From Eledone cirrhosa (taxonomy: Eukaryota), in assembly GCA_964016885.1 (NCBI GenBank), contig OZ024740.1:373426001-373490000 (forward strand): DNA of 64,000 nucleotides, read 5' to 3'. Under the pieces are notes generated by a model. That model made no database searches and was not told the origin of the DNA. It worked only from the letters and a program-made list of their open reading frames with translations. The translations under genes and the position numbers were made by a program. Shown in pieces: positions 1 to 15,790 of the stretch (position 1 is the first letter of the stretch; each line of letters opens with the position of its first letter).

Positions 1-500
1 AATTCTAAACAATTAAATAAGCCAAAAACCTCCAAACCCAACCCCCGGACTGGGGCCTGGTGTAATTGCCTAAATAAGGAAGTCTTCCCACTTTAAAACA
101 AATGCCTGACAAATGATATCGTATACAAATGCGATGTCAACTCAAGCACCGAATGATTGCAACAACAAAAAGACTTACATCGGCTTGACTTCCAATAAAT
201 TAAAAACCCGGTGATATGCCCATACCCACTCCTTCAAGAGACCGGACAAATCAAATCAGACAACACTCGCCTCCTATGTTTGGGACCTCAAAAGGAATTC
301 CACCCACTTTACGCTTAAATGGAAAATAGTCCAGAAAAACGCGCTCATACAACGGAGAACACAAATGCTGCGAACTTTGTATCTCAGAGAGCTACGAAAT
401 TTTATTTGCCAGGGGCCCGCTACTGAACAAACTTTCTGAGCACTTCCCGAACTGCATGCACAAAAACTTTACAACTTTCAAATACCTTAAGCCAATGATA
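1..500 (+). mobile_element. Penelope-like element (Neptune-type) GIY-YIG endonuclease remnant, disrupted
   Basis: Translation across stops and frameshifts gives WCNCLNKEVFPL*NKCLTNDIVYKCDV...KTYIGLTSNKLKTR*YAHTHSF...TTLASYVWDLK...FTLKWKIV: Cys-rich linker, VY/YIG motif and the typical C-terminal pattern. Confidence 0.85.
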
Positions 501-802
501 ATGCCCGCTTGCTAAAAACGACTTCTTTTTTATTTTTATTTTAAACGCCAGCCGACAAAATAGCCTCTCTACCTCCTTACCACCCAACTGACCCCTCCTA
601 AACCTGAAACACGGCAATATGTTTATGTAAGTACCTCTTAACTATTTGCATTTTCTGCCTGTAGCGCTGTTCTTATGTGTCTGTGTATATGCGTATATTT
701 ATGAGTACAAGTTTTTTTTATGTATTTGTAAAAGTGGCCATTCGTTTGTATGCATTTCGCTCTGTGTACGTGCGTTCATATGTACCTGCATATGGGCATG
801 TT

Positions 803-852
<50 letters not shown>

Positions 853-1099
853 CATGTGTGCATATATATATATATATATATGTGTGTGTCTGTATATGTA
901 TATATTTATATTTATATGTATATATATATATATATATATCTATATATGTGTATATATGTATATATGTGGGTATGTGTATGTATGTGTATGTATGTGTGTA
1001 TGAATATATATATATATATATATATATTTATATCTATCTATCTATCTATATATATATATTTGTATATATATGTATACATGTCTATATATGTGTATATAT

Positions 1100-1781
<682 letters not shown>

Positions 1782-3205
1782 GTTTGTATATGTATAATAA
1801 AGCCAAAACAATGCAGGTATGGACATAGAATAAAGAATGCAGATGCAAAAGATATTGTTGACAATTAGTCTTTTACCTTAGATTTTATAGAAACAGGTGT
1901 GCTTCTATAAAAAAAACCCGCCACCAGGGTCCTGTTCGTACATTTTAGATCGGCTCTCCCACCCGGCGCTAAGTTCGGATACATAAGGAACGAAATAACA
2001 CGTATCCAGAACAAATGCCCCGACGCTAGAGACCGAGACACACACACCACACATTTCCTGGAAGTACTCAAACTGAATTGATACACGATATCCACCACAA
2101 ACAGTGCCAGAAAGAACAGAGGACACCTCACCCGAGGCACTAACACTTGCTTCCTGAAGCTCCCACACTTCAGTCACGAAACAACAACAGCCATCCGCAG
2201 AGCTATCAGACGAAAGGGACTAGATATCCAACTGGCCCACTCAGGTCCTTCTCTACGCGGACAGCTAACCAAAAGACACTCCACCAGCCATGACAACTGC
2301 TGCAGGCTAGCCAACTGCCCCATCAACGACACAGACCTATGCCACCAGGCTTACGTCGCATACAGACTAGAGTGTGACAAATGCAGCAACTTCTTCGTAG
2401 GTAGCACCACCAGACCACTCCACATAAGAATAAAAGGACACCTCAATACTAACGCTTCCTCATTTAAAAAACACCTAGTTAAATGCAAAAACACCGACAA
2501 AACCATAACAGTTAGGATAGAAACTAAGGAAAGAAACCTCGGCAATCTTAGAATTAAGAAAGCACTAATTATAGACAAAACGATCCCACCGATCTATAAT
2601 CGACTAGAACTTAACACCCAATTCATAACTTGATGGAGCTTCTAGCCCCATATTTACACCCACCCCCTACACACACACGCACACCCACACGCACACACAC
2701 ACGTACGCACACACACACCCACACACGCTAACATCTCCACTTATTCTCTCTCACACACACACATACACACACAAAGATCAGTTCTAACACGAGATAACAT
2801 CTATTTCCCACATTTACGTATAGACATATCTTCTCACTCTCACACTCACACACTCACATACTTACACCTTCATGCATTCTCCCACACACTTAAACAGGCA
2901 TGTACAAAAAAAAAAACCTTTTAAAGGGAGACTACTCTTTATTCACCTAACCATAACTCTTTGACATTAGAGATATAACAGATACTCTATACCATTTCCT
3001 GTCAGCATGACTTGGCAAGCTATTTAGAACACTGGTTTAACCGCTTTACTTCCCTCCGAAGAAGAGATAGTATCTCGGAAATTAAGGACATTTAAATAAA
3101 TCTAAAGTAAAAGACAAATTGTCAACAATATCTTTTGCATTTGCATTCTTTATTCTATGTCCATACCTGCATTGTTTTGGGTTTATTATACATATACAAA
3201 CGTGT
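1782..3205 (+). mobile_element. 5'-truncated Penelope-like element with 5'-inverted terminal copy
   Basis: 1866-2630 encodes a decayed RT C-terminus (LDFIETG..KKPA..LFVHFRSALP) and GIY-YIG (AYVAYRLECDKCSNFFVGSTTRPLHIRIKGHL). 1782-1866 is the reverse complement of 3118-3203. A degenerate hammerhead (CCGAAGA..GAGAT/ATCTC..GAAATTA) lies at 3053-3087. Confidence 0.85.
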
Positions 3206-3261
3206 ATACCTGATTACACAATGCTTCAAGTGAACTATAACCTCCTCGTATATATATATAG

Positions 3262-3820
3262 AGAGATTTTGAGTATATGTTGGTTGCATACCACACCTCA
3301 GTATGCATACTGGAGCACTCGACGAAGTGCGCAGGTTGGTTTGGTTACTCCGGAGTAATGTAAAATAAAGTTAAATAAAAAGTCAAATGTTTAAAATTTA
3401 GCTTCGTTTATTACTGCTATATATATTTCAGTGACAGCCATCTTTGGCTGTGACCTCTTCAGGCAGTTTGACTTAGTGTGGTATAGACAAGTACATATGT
3501 TGTTGAGGTGTAAGTATTTGTCAATACTCTGATATGCCCAGTTCCTGGTTGGGTTGTTATTTCACTGAGGAACTGGAATCATATGAATTCAAACAAACGA
3601 ATTTCAGTGTCAATGGGCCTCTTCTCCTCTCATTGGTCAGTTATTAGTACATTCCTCATTCTAACTGTTGTTATTGTTGGAGTTAACTTAAACAATTGAT
3701 AAAGTGGTAGAAGGGACAAGGTGTTAAGAAACAAAATAACAAAAAAAGTGTCAAACTTCCCATTGGTCAGTTCTGAGAGCATTCCTCAGTCAGAAGTCTA
3801 TAGAATTATTTCTGGGATGA
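3262..3820 (-). mobile_element. PLE pLTR/3' end, family P2
   Basis: 3262-3590 is the reverse complement of 4839-5165. The hammerhead is followed by AATAAA on the minus strand. Confidence 0.7.
3413..3467 (-). ncRNA. Minimal type-I hammerhead ribozyme
   Basis: Minus strand: ACTGC-CTGAAGA-GGTCACAGCCA-aaga-TGGCTGTCACT-GAAA-TATATA-TA-GCAGT, with a palindromic stem/loop III. Confidence 0.85.
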
Positions 3821-3825
3821 GGCTC

Positions 3826-3877
<52 letters not shown>

Positions 3878-3884
3878 ATGTATT

Positions 3885-3962
<78 letters not shown>

Positions 3963-3973
3963 TATGTATATGA

Positions 3974-4038
<65 letters not shown>

Positions 4039-4339
4039 CCAAAATTAATATAGATTAAAAGAATTCAATCAGAATCGAAATTGTGGGTATCATTCCTTAA
4101 CGGAATGCGCCATATCGCCCGGAAAATAAGCTCTAGGACTTTGTAGGCACGAGCATTTTATAATAACTAGGAATTGATCAACCTATATATAAATATAAAC
4201 ATGAAAAATCACAGGAGATAATTTTTACAAGCGTGTAACCACGCATGGCTAGTAGGTAACAAATAAATAAAGTTAACTAGAACTTCAAAAATATATACCT
4301 TTTAATAATTAAACTTCCCTGTATATATTTCATTAAAGA

Positions 4340-4414
<75 letters not shown>

Positions 4415-4420
<6 letters not shown>

Positions 4421-4845
4421 GTGATGTTTTATTTACAAAATGAAAAATAACCGAAGTGTCCTACACGAGTGAAAGTATAAAGAAAAAAAAGATGAAATCT
4501 AAAATGCAACTGGAGTCTTATTTTTTTTAAAAATATATATATTTATTTTGTTCCTTTACCGGTTTCGCAGTTCTTCTGCTTTTCAAAAGTAGAGTTGAGA
4601 TGGAGGGTCTGTGGTTTTTCTCACATCTGGTTGTTCTCTGAATTTTACTTGTTTTATATGGAAAAGGTGGCTAGAAATGCCAGGTTTTTCGAGAAGTAAT
4701 TTGATTGGTTGGTCAATAATTATAATAAATGTCGCGCCAGTTCGCGTTACAAAGTTTTTCAAACAGGGGTGTGTGTTTGGGGTGTGTGTGTCTGTGTGTG
4801 TGTGGGGGGGGGGGGGATGGGGGGTCACAGGTTGTTTTTTCATAT
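4415..4845 (-). mobile_element. PLE pLTR/3' end, family P1, with U3-A8 hammerhead at 4553-4589
   Basis: Closely similar to 15385-15790, 15945-16152 and the reverse complement of 17480-17795 and 5884-6030. Confidence 0.8.
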
Positions 4846-5165
4846 GATTCCAGTTCCTCAGTAAAATAACAACCCAACCAGGAACTGGGCATACCAGAGT
4901 ATTCACAATATTATACACCTCAACAACATATGTACTTGTCTATACCACACTAATTCAGACTGCCTGAAGAGGTCACAGCCAAAGATGGCTGTCACTGAAA
5001 TATATAAAACAGTAATAAACGAAGCTAAATTTCAAACATTTGACTTTTTATTTTACTTTATTTTACATTACCCGGAGTAACCAAACCAACCTGCGCACTT
5101 CGTCGAGTGCTCCAGCCTGCATACTGAGTGTTGGTATACAACCAACATATACTCAAAATCTCTCT
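4839..5165 (+). mobile_element. PLE pLTR family P2 (second copy) with hammerhead at 4959-5013
   Basis: ACTGC-CTGAAGA-GGTCACAGCCA-aaga-TGGCTGTCACT-GAAATATATAAA-ACAGT, slightly decayed near the cleavage site. Confidence 0.75.
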
Positions 5166-5227
5166 CTCCCTATATATATATATATACATATATACATATA
5201 TACACACACACTCACACACATATATAC

Positions 5228-5366
<139 letters not shown>

Positions 5367-5394
5367 CACATATACATGTATATATATATATATA

Positions 5395-5733
5395 GTTGAA
5401 CACTTAGGAGAATCGAATCTCTGGCGGTTTGCAAGCAAATTCGGCCTACTATATGAAATGAGTTAGCAAAGCACTCGATAAGGTAGGTCCTTAGAGTAAT
5501 AACATACGTTTAAATAGCTTGACAAATTGAACATTGTGGTAGGCAAAATCTAACACACAATATACCAAAGTAACGAAAGAACTAACAGGTTGAGAAAAAT
5601 ACACCTGGACAAATCAAACGTTATACGTTTAAAGTGATTCTATGAATACGAAATCAAATATCAGACTTACGTAACTGGTAAGCTCGTGGTATTTATTATC
5701 GAACAGAGGATTCAGTTCATCAACAGGTATTCG

Positions 5734-5738
<5 letters not shown>
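5395..5738 (-). mobile_element. Retrozyme-like family Rz-D fragment with decayed large hammerhead at 5603-5728
   Basis: The reverse complement aligns with 36150-36500. Minus strand reads ACCTG-TTGATGA-A-CTGAATCC...GTC-CAGGT. Confidence 0.7.
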
Positions 5739-5767
<29 letters not shown>

Positions 5768-5883
5768 TCATATCTATACATATATACATGTATATACACA
5801 TATACAAATACATACACACATACATATACATACACATACGCATACATACACACACACACACATATATATACATATATATTTAC

Positions 5884-6030
5884 ACCGGTAAAGGAGCTAA
5901 ATAAATATATATATTTAAAAAAAAATAAGACTCCAGTTACATTTTCGATTTCATCTTTTTTCTTTATACTTTCACTCGTGTAGGACATCTCGGTTATTTT
6001 TTATTTTGTAAAAAAACATCACTTTCTAAT
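5884..6030 (+). mobile_element. 5'-truncated P1 pLTR
   Basis: Starts at ACCGGTA-AAGG (hammerhead stem III and cleavage site) and runs to the P1 3' end before (TA)n. Confidence 0.7.
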
Positions 6031-6199
<169 letters not shown>

Positions 6200-6204
6200 C
6201 ACAC

Positions 6205-6275
<71 letters not shown>

Positions 6276-6425
6276 TATATTAGTGGTGAGTGGTGGCTCT
6301 TGCTCTACGCATGAGCCCGCATGCGAGTGGGTGTATGTCTATCTGTATGTGTGTATGCGCGCGTGTGTGTGTACTACATATAAATGATGAGAGATATTTA
6401 TACAACACACACACCTACACCCCCC

Positions 6426-6492
<67 letters not shown>

Positions 6493-7383
6493 AATAATGG
6501 AGTGGAGCATGATGAAATGAAGGGACACATTCACCTACCTCCCCAGCGTAATGTAAACCAATTTTTTAAATCAGGTCCTGTACCTTCAAACAACTACACC
6601 CATCGTCTTTGACGTGCGTAGGAAAATATCGATGCCTACCGGATACGGTGACTCTTAGACTCATGATCTAAACGTTTATATGGAATTTAGTGTGAAATAA
6701 AATGTTTTTTCTCTATAAATCTTTTTATTGTTTGCCATTGTTTCTTATTTAAAGAACATTAAAAATTAAAAAACATTTTCCTTCTGCCATGCTTTGTGTT
6801 GTCTTCCCTTTGAGATGATTCTAATTCTATTAAAATTAATGTGACAAACGTGTTCATTCATCTCCCTACCAATAATTGCAGTCGATACATTTAACACAAT
6901 TCCTTATTTCTATATGTTCGTATGTTTTCCTCCTTTTTGCCTCTTTTTTTATGACCACAACACTATAAAGAGCACTATAAATTTTGCTAGTCGTCACTTG
7001 AATTATCATGGGTAAATATTAGGGCATTATTGCTCTATGTAATTGTTTTGTCTTGTCATTTGCTCCAGAGACCAGGCTTTGGTTTCTTTGACAGATGCCT
7101 TGACACTGGATGGACCAGAAGTACTCTCGGGAGCTGTAGACCGTGGTGTTCTGCGACATTCCTTTGTCATTTCTGTGATTTCTTTTTTTTTGTTTAAATA
7201 AAAATAATCATTTTTAAAGTCTATTTAAAGTCTGCACTTTCAAAACATAAGTTTATTCCCTTCTGCCTTGTTTTCAAATGTCACCTCTCTGTTAATTATC
7301 GAAATGTTATTCTATATATTTCTATATGCACATACACACACAAACACACACACACACATGCGCGCGCGCGCACCCACACAGAT

Positions 7384-7417
<34 letters not shown>

Positions 7418-8602
7418 GTATTTATTTATATATATATTGTCTCAAAAAGTGTGTGCGGTAGAAAACGTTCTATACAGATCATATTATATAAACAAATGAT
7501 TAAGAAAGGGTTTGAAAAAAGCATACTGACTTTCGACCACATTCATGTGGAGTTTTAAAGAAACAAATCAATTTAACCTATTGGCAAATGAGAAAGCAGG
7601 CTTTGCTGACAACAATTTTTCATACATGTAAATATCATTTATATATAAATATAATAGGTGCGCTATTCCACCCTTCCTTGTCTTTTTTTTTTCAATCACT
7701 CTCCTTATATATATATATAAATCAGGATGGATTCAGTTTGAAACTAGTTTGATTATTATTCACCAGGAAACTAGATACACGGGGTAGCAGAGAATGGTGG
7801 TTCTTTAAAGAGTAAGGGCACCGAAGGCTATTGACGTGACTTTAAACACCCAGTTTCATGTGGGTGGGTTGTGTGAGTTTTTTGTTTGCGTTAATGTTGA
7901 TTCGGAAAAATGAAACGTACTCAATACGAGATTTAGAATATATTTAATTTATATAGCTGAATTGTATATGCTTTAATGTCGCATTCCTGCATATTTGCAT
8001 GCTCTGTGAATTCTGCAATCGGGCGAAACACAAAATGATCTCTCTCTGTATCTCCCTCTGTCTCTGTACACACATATATATATATATATATATATATTTA
8101 TCTTTTTATATCTGTGTGAATGTGTTTATAATGTAATGCAACTCACACATGCATGCACACACACTATCACAAATTATCAGCAAATATGACAAACATGTAC
8201 TTGTAGTTAAAGTAAATGTCTGTGGCAAGGCTCGTTATTGCATGAAACTGTTATTGCGTGTAATGAACTAACTATAAAAAAGTGAGAGGATTTCTTTGAG
8301 AAATAACACGATGTCGTGATTAGAGATGGAGATAAATTTGTTTCTCATGTTTACTTCGATATTATTGTTTTTGTTAATCTTATTTATATTTATAGATGGA
8401 GCTTGGAAATATTTCAATAATGGCAAAAAATGTCGTTATATACAAAGATGAAACGTTATACCTTGTTCTCGTTATTGGATTCTGATAAATCAACAACAAT
8501 ATGAATCATGTGTTTAAGATAAGCATGCCCTGACTGCGGAAATATGCATAACGCACACGTACCAAGGGCATGAATACACGCACATATAATTTTTAACAAG
8601 TT

Positions 8603-8657
<55 letters not shown>

Positions 8658-9249
8658 GTATGTATATGTGTGTGTGTGTGTGTTCGTATGTGTTCGTGTG
8701 TGTGTGTGTTCGTGTGTGTGTCGTGTGTGTGTCGTGTGTGTGTAGTGTGTGTGTCGTGAGGGTGTTTATGTGTGTGTGTGGGGGGGGGGGGGGGGTATAT
8801 GTGTGTGTCTGTACGTGCGTGTGTGTGTGCGTACAAATATGTGTTCTGATATTCTGCATAATAATTGGACAAGCAGAGAAACAGTTATATGAATAGAAAA
8901 ACGGATCCCGATGCTTACCGGATAAAATAAAGATAAAACCTTCCACTCTAGACTTCAACGTACATTCCGACCTACATTTAAATGTGTACTGAGGAAAAGG
9001 CAAGCATGATATACCAATATGTTTATATACGTTGGTTTCTATCGATACCTCTTCATATATTTTTGCGTATCGTAGGCTACAGATAATAACATCGCTACAT
9101 GTCCATCCAATATATTACTTTTAAAAATGTCCCTCAATTCAATGTATATAGCTCTGTCATCTGATAATGTTTCTAACTTGTAAAACGTATGATACTATGT
9201 CTCTTATAAATGAACACATTTAGTTTGCCTAGGTCTATAAACTTATATA

Positions 9250-9288
<39 letters not shown>

Positions 9289-9364
9289 GATAAACTGTTG
9301 AGTGCTTTTATATCAGTTATAAAATATTTACTCGTTGTAACCCAACAATCTTAAATAAAACTTT

Positions 9365-9401
<37 letters not shown>

Positions 9402-9468
9402 TCAGGTTATCAATAATGTAGTGATAATATATCGTTACGTTAGATACACACACACACGCACACACACT

Positions 9469-9593
<125 letters not shown>

Positions 9594-9794
9594 ATATATA
9601 TATGCGAGTGTGTGTGCGTGTGTGTGTGTATGTGTGTGTGTGTGAGTATGTAGGTGTGTATATGCGCGTGTCTGTGTATGCGAGTCCGTTTCTGTGTGGA
9701 TGTCCGTGTAATATAGGTGTTAGCAAATATGTACAAAATATACGGCAAGGAAAGATTAGTGTCTGGATCTGAGACTACTCCTTAGAAAACTAGA

Positions 9795-9829
<35 letters not shown>

Positions 9830-12401
9830 ACATTCTTAATACTGATGTTGCTTTGATATAATTGTATGGATATGTATCCAATTCTCCAGAAAGCTGTTGT
9901 ATAAATTATATATACTTATTATCATGTTATCCTGTCACTAATGTTCTGGATACGATTGTTAAAGAGTAAGTATAATCGTGGGTTGCAATTTTATCAATAA
10001 TTGAATTGTATTTACCCTAGAATCTTATCACGTGAAATAAAATTATAAACAAGCAAAACCATTTATATTCCGTTTAAAAGTAATACCGCGGCTTCCATTG
10101 AAATTGATGCTATAAGAAATATTGCCGCTCAATTTAAAAAATACAACAAAATAACCTAATACAGAATTCATATATATTCACTACAAATAGAATGAGATTA
10201 AAGCCTAATGGAAAAACTGTTGTAAAATAACTGCCATATTTTTACAAGCATATCTAATAAATAAAATGGAATATTACTAGAATTACTTATAAAACATAAA
10301 TCAAAACCGGTTTAAAGGCAGATGCATATCAACAAAAAAAAAATGAGTTAAAAAGATCTAAAATCTGACTACAGAGTATCATGCTGAAATGAGGAATTGT
10401 CTACACGCTAGTTGGAAATTGCAGGAGGTTTCATTCTTTCGAAGGAACGACGATCTTCGTCTTAAATTAAGTAATAAATACAGAGCTCGATTGGTTTAAC
10501 ACAACTGGCTAGCCTATAGGGAGAGAATTCTGAGACAAATACCCTGGACAGATTTCAGATAGAAGCCAGAAAATGTCTGATTGGCATTTCTCTTTGGTCT
10601 CTTATTAACCAGTACATATTAAAAGTATAACGGGAGAAGATAGAAAGCTCGCCAATAAACTATACGTCAAGTGATATCAATCACCTGGTATTTCTCACAA
10701 AGGAAACTATGAAAAGAAATGTTGAGGCATTATCTCACACTGGAAGATGTCTCAGAGAATTCTACACTTTAGAAAGCCTTCACCATTATATATAAGACTT
10801 TACAGGTGAATATTGAGCAACGTTATATTATGGCCAATGACAAGAAAAGAGAGTACCCACTAATCATAATATCACTTGCAAGAGGTGATAATGAATCTTT
10901 CTATGAAATTATTTGGTTATAGTGATAAACCAAATGCTGCAATTACAAAGGGAATTATCCTATAACAATAAATATATAACATAACCAAATCGCAGGTTTC
11001 ACAAATAAGCCCTCAATATGGAAACACTCTAATAAACACATTTGCCATAGGTGGAGTAGTGTCAATAGAAGAGAAACCAAGTTAACCAAAAAAAAAATAC
11101 TGCAAATAACAAAACTCCTCAAATCATCACTCAATAAACATGCAATAAAGATAAATTAAGAATAATGAAAAACTTTAATTAATTAATTCAGGCAGGCAAA
11201 CATTAACAAACTTATTTTGCCTTGTAAAGACAGTAATATAAAAGCAATCGTAGAATATATGGGATACTCTATGATTCACTACTAAAACAAAACTAAATTA
11301 TGTGGGAAAGGGTGGGGTGAAACTCAATAAAGGAAACAATTTGACCAGCCACTAATTCAATTTCCTGACATATCCAACAGCTTTCTAAATTAAATATTTT
11401 GTTGGGATTAATATCAGTTCTGGGCAAATTTTCTCTGTTTTAACGTCGACTGTCTATATTAAATTTAACATCTTCAAACACATGGCGTCGCTGTGTATCC
11501 TGTGATCATAAACACACTATTCTGTGGAGTTCATTTCATATCTAACAAAGCTATTCCATAATTATAGTACTCACGACCAGAATGTTAGATTCCAACATAA
11601 TTATTATAATATCCAGGATATTAAGTTTGGCTAATTTTAAGTTCTTAGTTGCCAACGTCATAATAGTCTTAAACAAAAAAATACTCTATAGCCCAACGAC
11701 AATGTATTAATGGCTGTGGTATTTCAATAAAAATTCAGTATAAGCAAAGATGAGAGATATACCAGTTGGTAATATATTACAACTGTTCCAATAATGATTT
11801 GCTTCATTAGTATAAATAATCAGATATCGAATATAAATTCCAAATAATAATATTTTCTTTGTAATTACAATGTTGAAACGCCACAAGGAAATTGGTCATT
11901 AGAAAACACCCGAATCAATTAAGGCTTTAATAATTATGCAACACATAGGTGAAACGAGCATAATGAAATTGCGTAACGAACAATAGTTTTGATATTCACT
12001 AAGAAAAAAAAAATGATAACCTCGAGACTCTCATATGGAAGATTCAAGACGACTAGATGCTCATACATATATTTCCGGATATTATCGTACAATATGCTGC
12101 GTATATATAATCAATTGATGTACAATAGAGCAGCTTCCAAATCAATTACTTTACTTTATATAATGGTTATGGTTTTTCTAACATTCGGCATATGCAGATG
12201 GCTTCAATTCTAAACATAAAACAAATCATATTTGATTCTGCTTTTTTGTAATTCATACGAGATATTTATTGTGATTATACATATTGCCAGTGGTTCGCAA
12301 ACCAGAAACATTAAATTGTCGTCAAAGTGGTGTCGCAGTTTTCCCGTATTTTATACATTTTATGTTATCAATTTATAACAACTTTAACATTGTTCACCTA
12401 C

Positions 12402-12459
12402 CGTATACTTTAATGTTCTGCCTTGCATCAGTATTGTTAAGTATATGATAGCTCCTTAC
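12402..12459 (-). CDS. Candidate 58-nt internal exon of an unidentified host gene (VRSYHILNNTDARQNIKVY)
   Basis: Minus strand: strong acceptor ttttctttcttctttttacAG, one open frame, donor G|GTAGGT, in apparently non-repetitive sequence. No homology recognised. Confidence 0.35.
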
Positions 12460-12786
12460 CTGTAAAAAGAAGAAAGAAAATATTAATAATGTTACACATG
12501 TACAAATACAAATTAAACAATCCACCGAAATTATTGAGATGAAATCCCCAATTACCATGACCGCGATCTATAGAAACAGCGAAAATTATATTATTAAGAA
12601 AAAATAACCCTTACAATATCATATATCCTGATAATACATTCTCTAATATTTATGAGTCAAATATACACACACACATATACAATATATATATATATATATA
12701 TATAGTTCAAAGGGAGAAAGTATCAAACGCACCGCACAATTGTACATAGTTGTATCAGGTTCACAATTGGTGGGAATGAGGGAGAT

Positions 12787-12820
12787 GTTGACATTTCGGA
12801 CTTATGTCATTCATCAGGAA
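12787..12820 (-). ncRNA. Hammerhead-like motif with weak stem I
   Basis: Minus strand: CTGATGA-a-tGAC-ataa-GTCc-GAAATGTC. Core and stem II are good but stem I pairs poorly. Confidence 0.45.
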
Positions 12821-13101
12821 AGTAGAAAGGAACAGCGAGAATGAGTTAGGAGGGAAGTTAACAAGTAGAGCACGAAAAGAAGGGAGAAAATAAATGAAAA
12901 CAAAATTAAAAAAAAAAGTAAAAATAACGGGGGTAGCAGGGGCGTACAGCTCCGTGATGGCATGGGTGTGGTAGTATGTATAGGGGTGGGCAGAGGTGGA
13001 GAAGGGGAGAGAAAGAACAAATTTATACTGTATATATATATACAATCGCACATAGCAACATACACACATACACACACATACCACACACACACGCACCCCC
13101 C

Positions 13102-13145
<44 letters not shown>

Positions 13146-13151
13146 TGTATT

Positions 13152-13190
<39 letters not shown>

Positions 13191-13479
13191 GTACATATAT
13201 TTAATCCATTATCTAGCTACAGCCAATGAGACAGGATTAGGGTGTTCCAAGGGCGCATGGTGAAATGTAAGACCTTCATAGATATGGACATGAAAGTGAT
13301 TTATTTGCTGTATAGGAGCAAACAATGGAATTGCATAGATAGGGCGAGAAAAATGATAGTGAATGCCTACTCATTGTACGAAGACCAGATATACTAGAGC
13401 GTGTCATGTACGTTGATGCAACCCTTGAATGGTAATTAGCAATTCGATTAGAAAGGCCCTAAGAAAAAACCTATTTGAA

Positions 13480-14360
13480 TATTAAGTGTAAAAACACAGG
13501 AATTACAATACAATTCCTGCTCAGTAAAATCCCCCCCCCCTTTAAAAAACCCCGCTGTACAAGTAAGTTATGTATAGCATGTAGGGGGAGTGCATCAACA
13601 AATTGTAAAGCGAGAAACGTAGTCTATAGCATAAGATATGAAGGGAGGGGGCAGAAACATGCCGACTTCGTACATGGGAGAGACAGCCCGTAGCATAGGC
13701 TATATGATATATGAACACCTGAGTATCTAAAGGGACAAAAAGTCAATAAAGTAGTATAGGAACTCGCCAGACTGAAGTATGATTGTAAAATAGACAACAA
13801 AGAAGTTAAAATATTATCAAAATATAGGAATGACTTGACACTTAGACAAATAATGGAGGCTATAGCTATAGAAATCATAAAACATAGGCTGAACACAAAT
13901 CCTAAGTGGAATAGCAACAACCACTAGTGATAGAATGTTGAATTATAATATACACAAATGCAATAACAACACACAAACACACACAAACAACACAAGATAG
14001 AATATAAGCACATAAACACAAGCAACTCAGACACAACCACACAGGCAGACACGAAACAGAATACACGCACACAAATCTCTGCGCAAACGGAGACAACCAA
14101 AAACTGTTATAGAAGTACAATGGGAGGAAACACAGCAATAATCAATGAAGATATATATCACAGAAATGTCTGACTAAAAACTTTCAGAAATTATATTTAT
14201 AATTGCAACATTTGTTATATCAATAATAAACATTGATTGCCAACTAAATTATAAAAATTATAAATCTATACTAAAGCGAAAACCATACCAGACAGTGAGT
14301 GTGTTTTATTCATTTTTGCCAGATGAGGTCAACACGACCCTCCCCAAATATAACAACATA
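13480..14360 (+). mobile_element. Decayed PLE 3' part (Cys linker, GIY-YIG, pLTR)
   Basis: KPRCTSKLCIACRGSASTNCKARNVVYSIR. A degenerate hammerhead lies at 14141-14174, and the element ends in the shared GACCCTCCCCAA-TATAACA terminus. Confidence 0.75.
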
Positions 14361-14395
14361 ACTGTATATTGCACGTGCGTCTACATGTGAGAACA

Positions 14396-14485
14396 CATAT
14401 CTGAGGGGCTTCCGATTCCAGAGTCAGGAACGAACATTATTCGATCGTTGTTCGAGCTTATTCGCAGTGAAACATATGTAATATG
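14396..14485 (+). ncRNA. Hammerhead ribozyme with long stem II (one core substitution)
   Basis: CATAT-CTGAGGG-[about 60 nt]-GAAAC-ATAT-GTA-ATATG: perfect 5-bp stem I and palindromic ACATATGT. Confidence 0.7.
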
Positions 14486-14569
14486 CAATTAAATATTTTC
14501 ATGATGCAATGCTGATTCTTTGCACTCTATTCATTCTCTCTCCCTCTTTATATCTTATTTCTCATTCTT

Positions 14570-14605
14570 TCTTCTAATGAAGGACTAGCGTCCGAAAGGT
14601 TAAGA
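14570..14605 (+). ncRNA. Minimal hammerhead, degenerate core
   Basis: TCTT-CTAATGA-A-GGAC-tagc-GTCC-GAAA-GG-TTA-AGA. Confidence 0.55.
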
Positions 14606-14712
14606 CGCTCTTCCTGCTATATCTATCGTTAACATAATATATCGCTTTCATATGCAGCACTGATTGTGTTGTTATTTCTGTTTACCTTTATATACACACA
14701 CACACACACACA

Positions 14713-15384
<672 letters not shown>

Positions 15385-15387
<3 letters not shown>

Positions 15388-15790
15388 GAAAGTGAGGTTT
15401 TTTTACAAAATGAAAAATAACCGAGGTGTCCTACACGAGTGAAAGTATAAAGAAAAAGATGTGAAATCGAAAATGCAACGGGAGTCTTATTTTTTTTTTA
15501 AATATATATATTTATTTGGTTCCTTTACCGGTTTCGCAGTTCTTCTGCTTTTCAAAAGATGAGTTGAGATGGAGGGTCTGTGGTTTTTCTCACATCTGAT
15601 TGGTCTCTGAATGTTACTTGTCTTATATGTAAAGAGTGGCTCGAAATGCCAGGTTTTTCGAGAAGTAATTTGATTGGTTTGTCAATAATTATAATAAATT
15701 TCGCGCCAGTTCGCGTTACAGTAGTTCTTCAAATAAGAGAGGGGGGGTTGTCACAGGTTGTTGTTTCATATATATTTGTTTGAAAGTTAT
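15385..15790 (-). mobile_element. P1 pLTR copy; U3-A8 hammerhead at 15522-15558
   Basis: Aligns with 4415-4845. Confidence 0.8.

Noticed and set aside
7719-7755. AATCA...GAAACTAGTT-TGATT
   Set aside because: Stems I and III fit but the CUGANGA core and stem II are absent.
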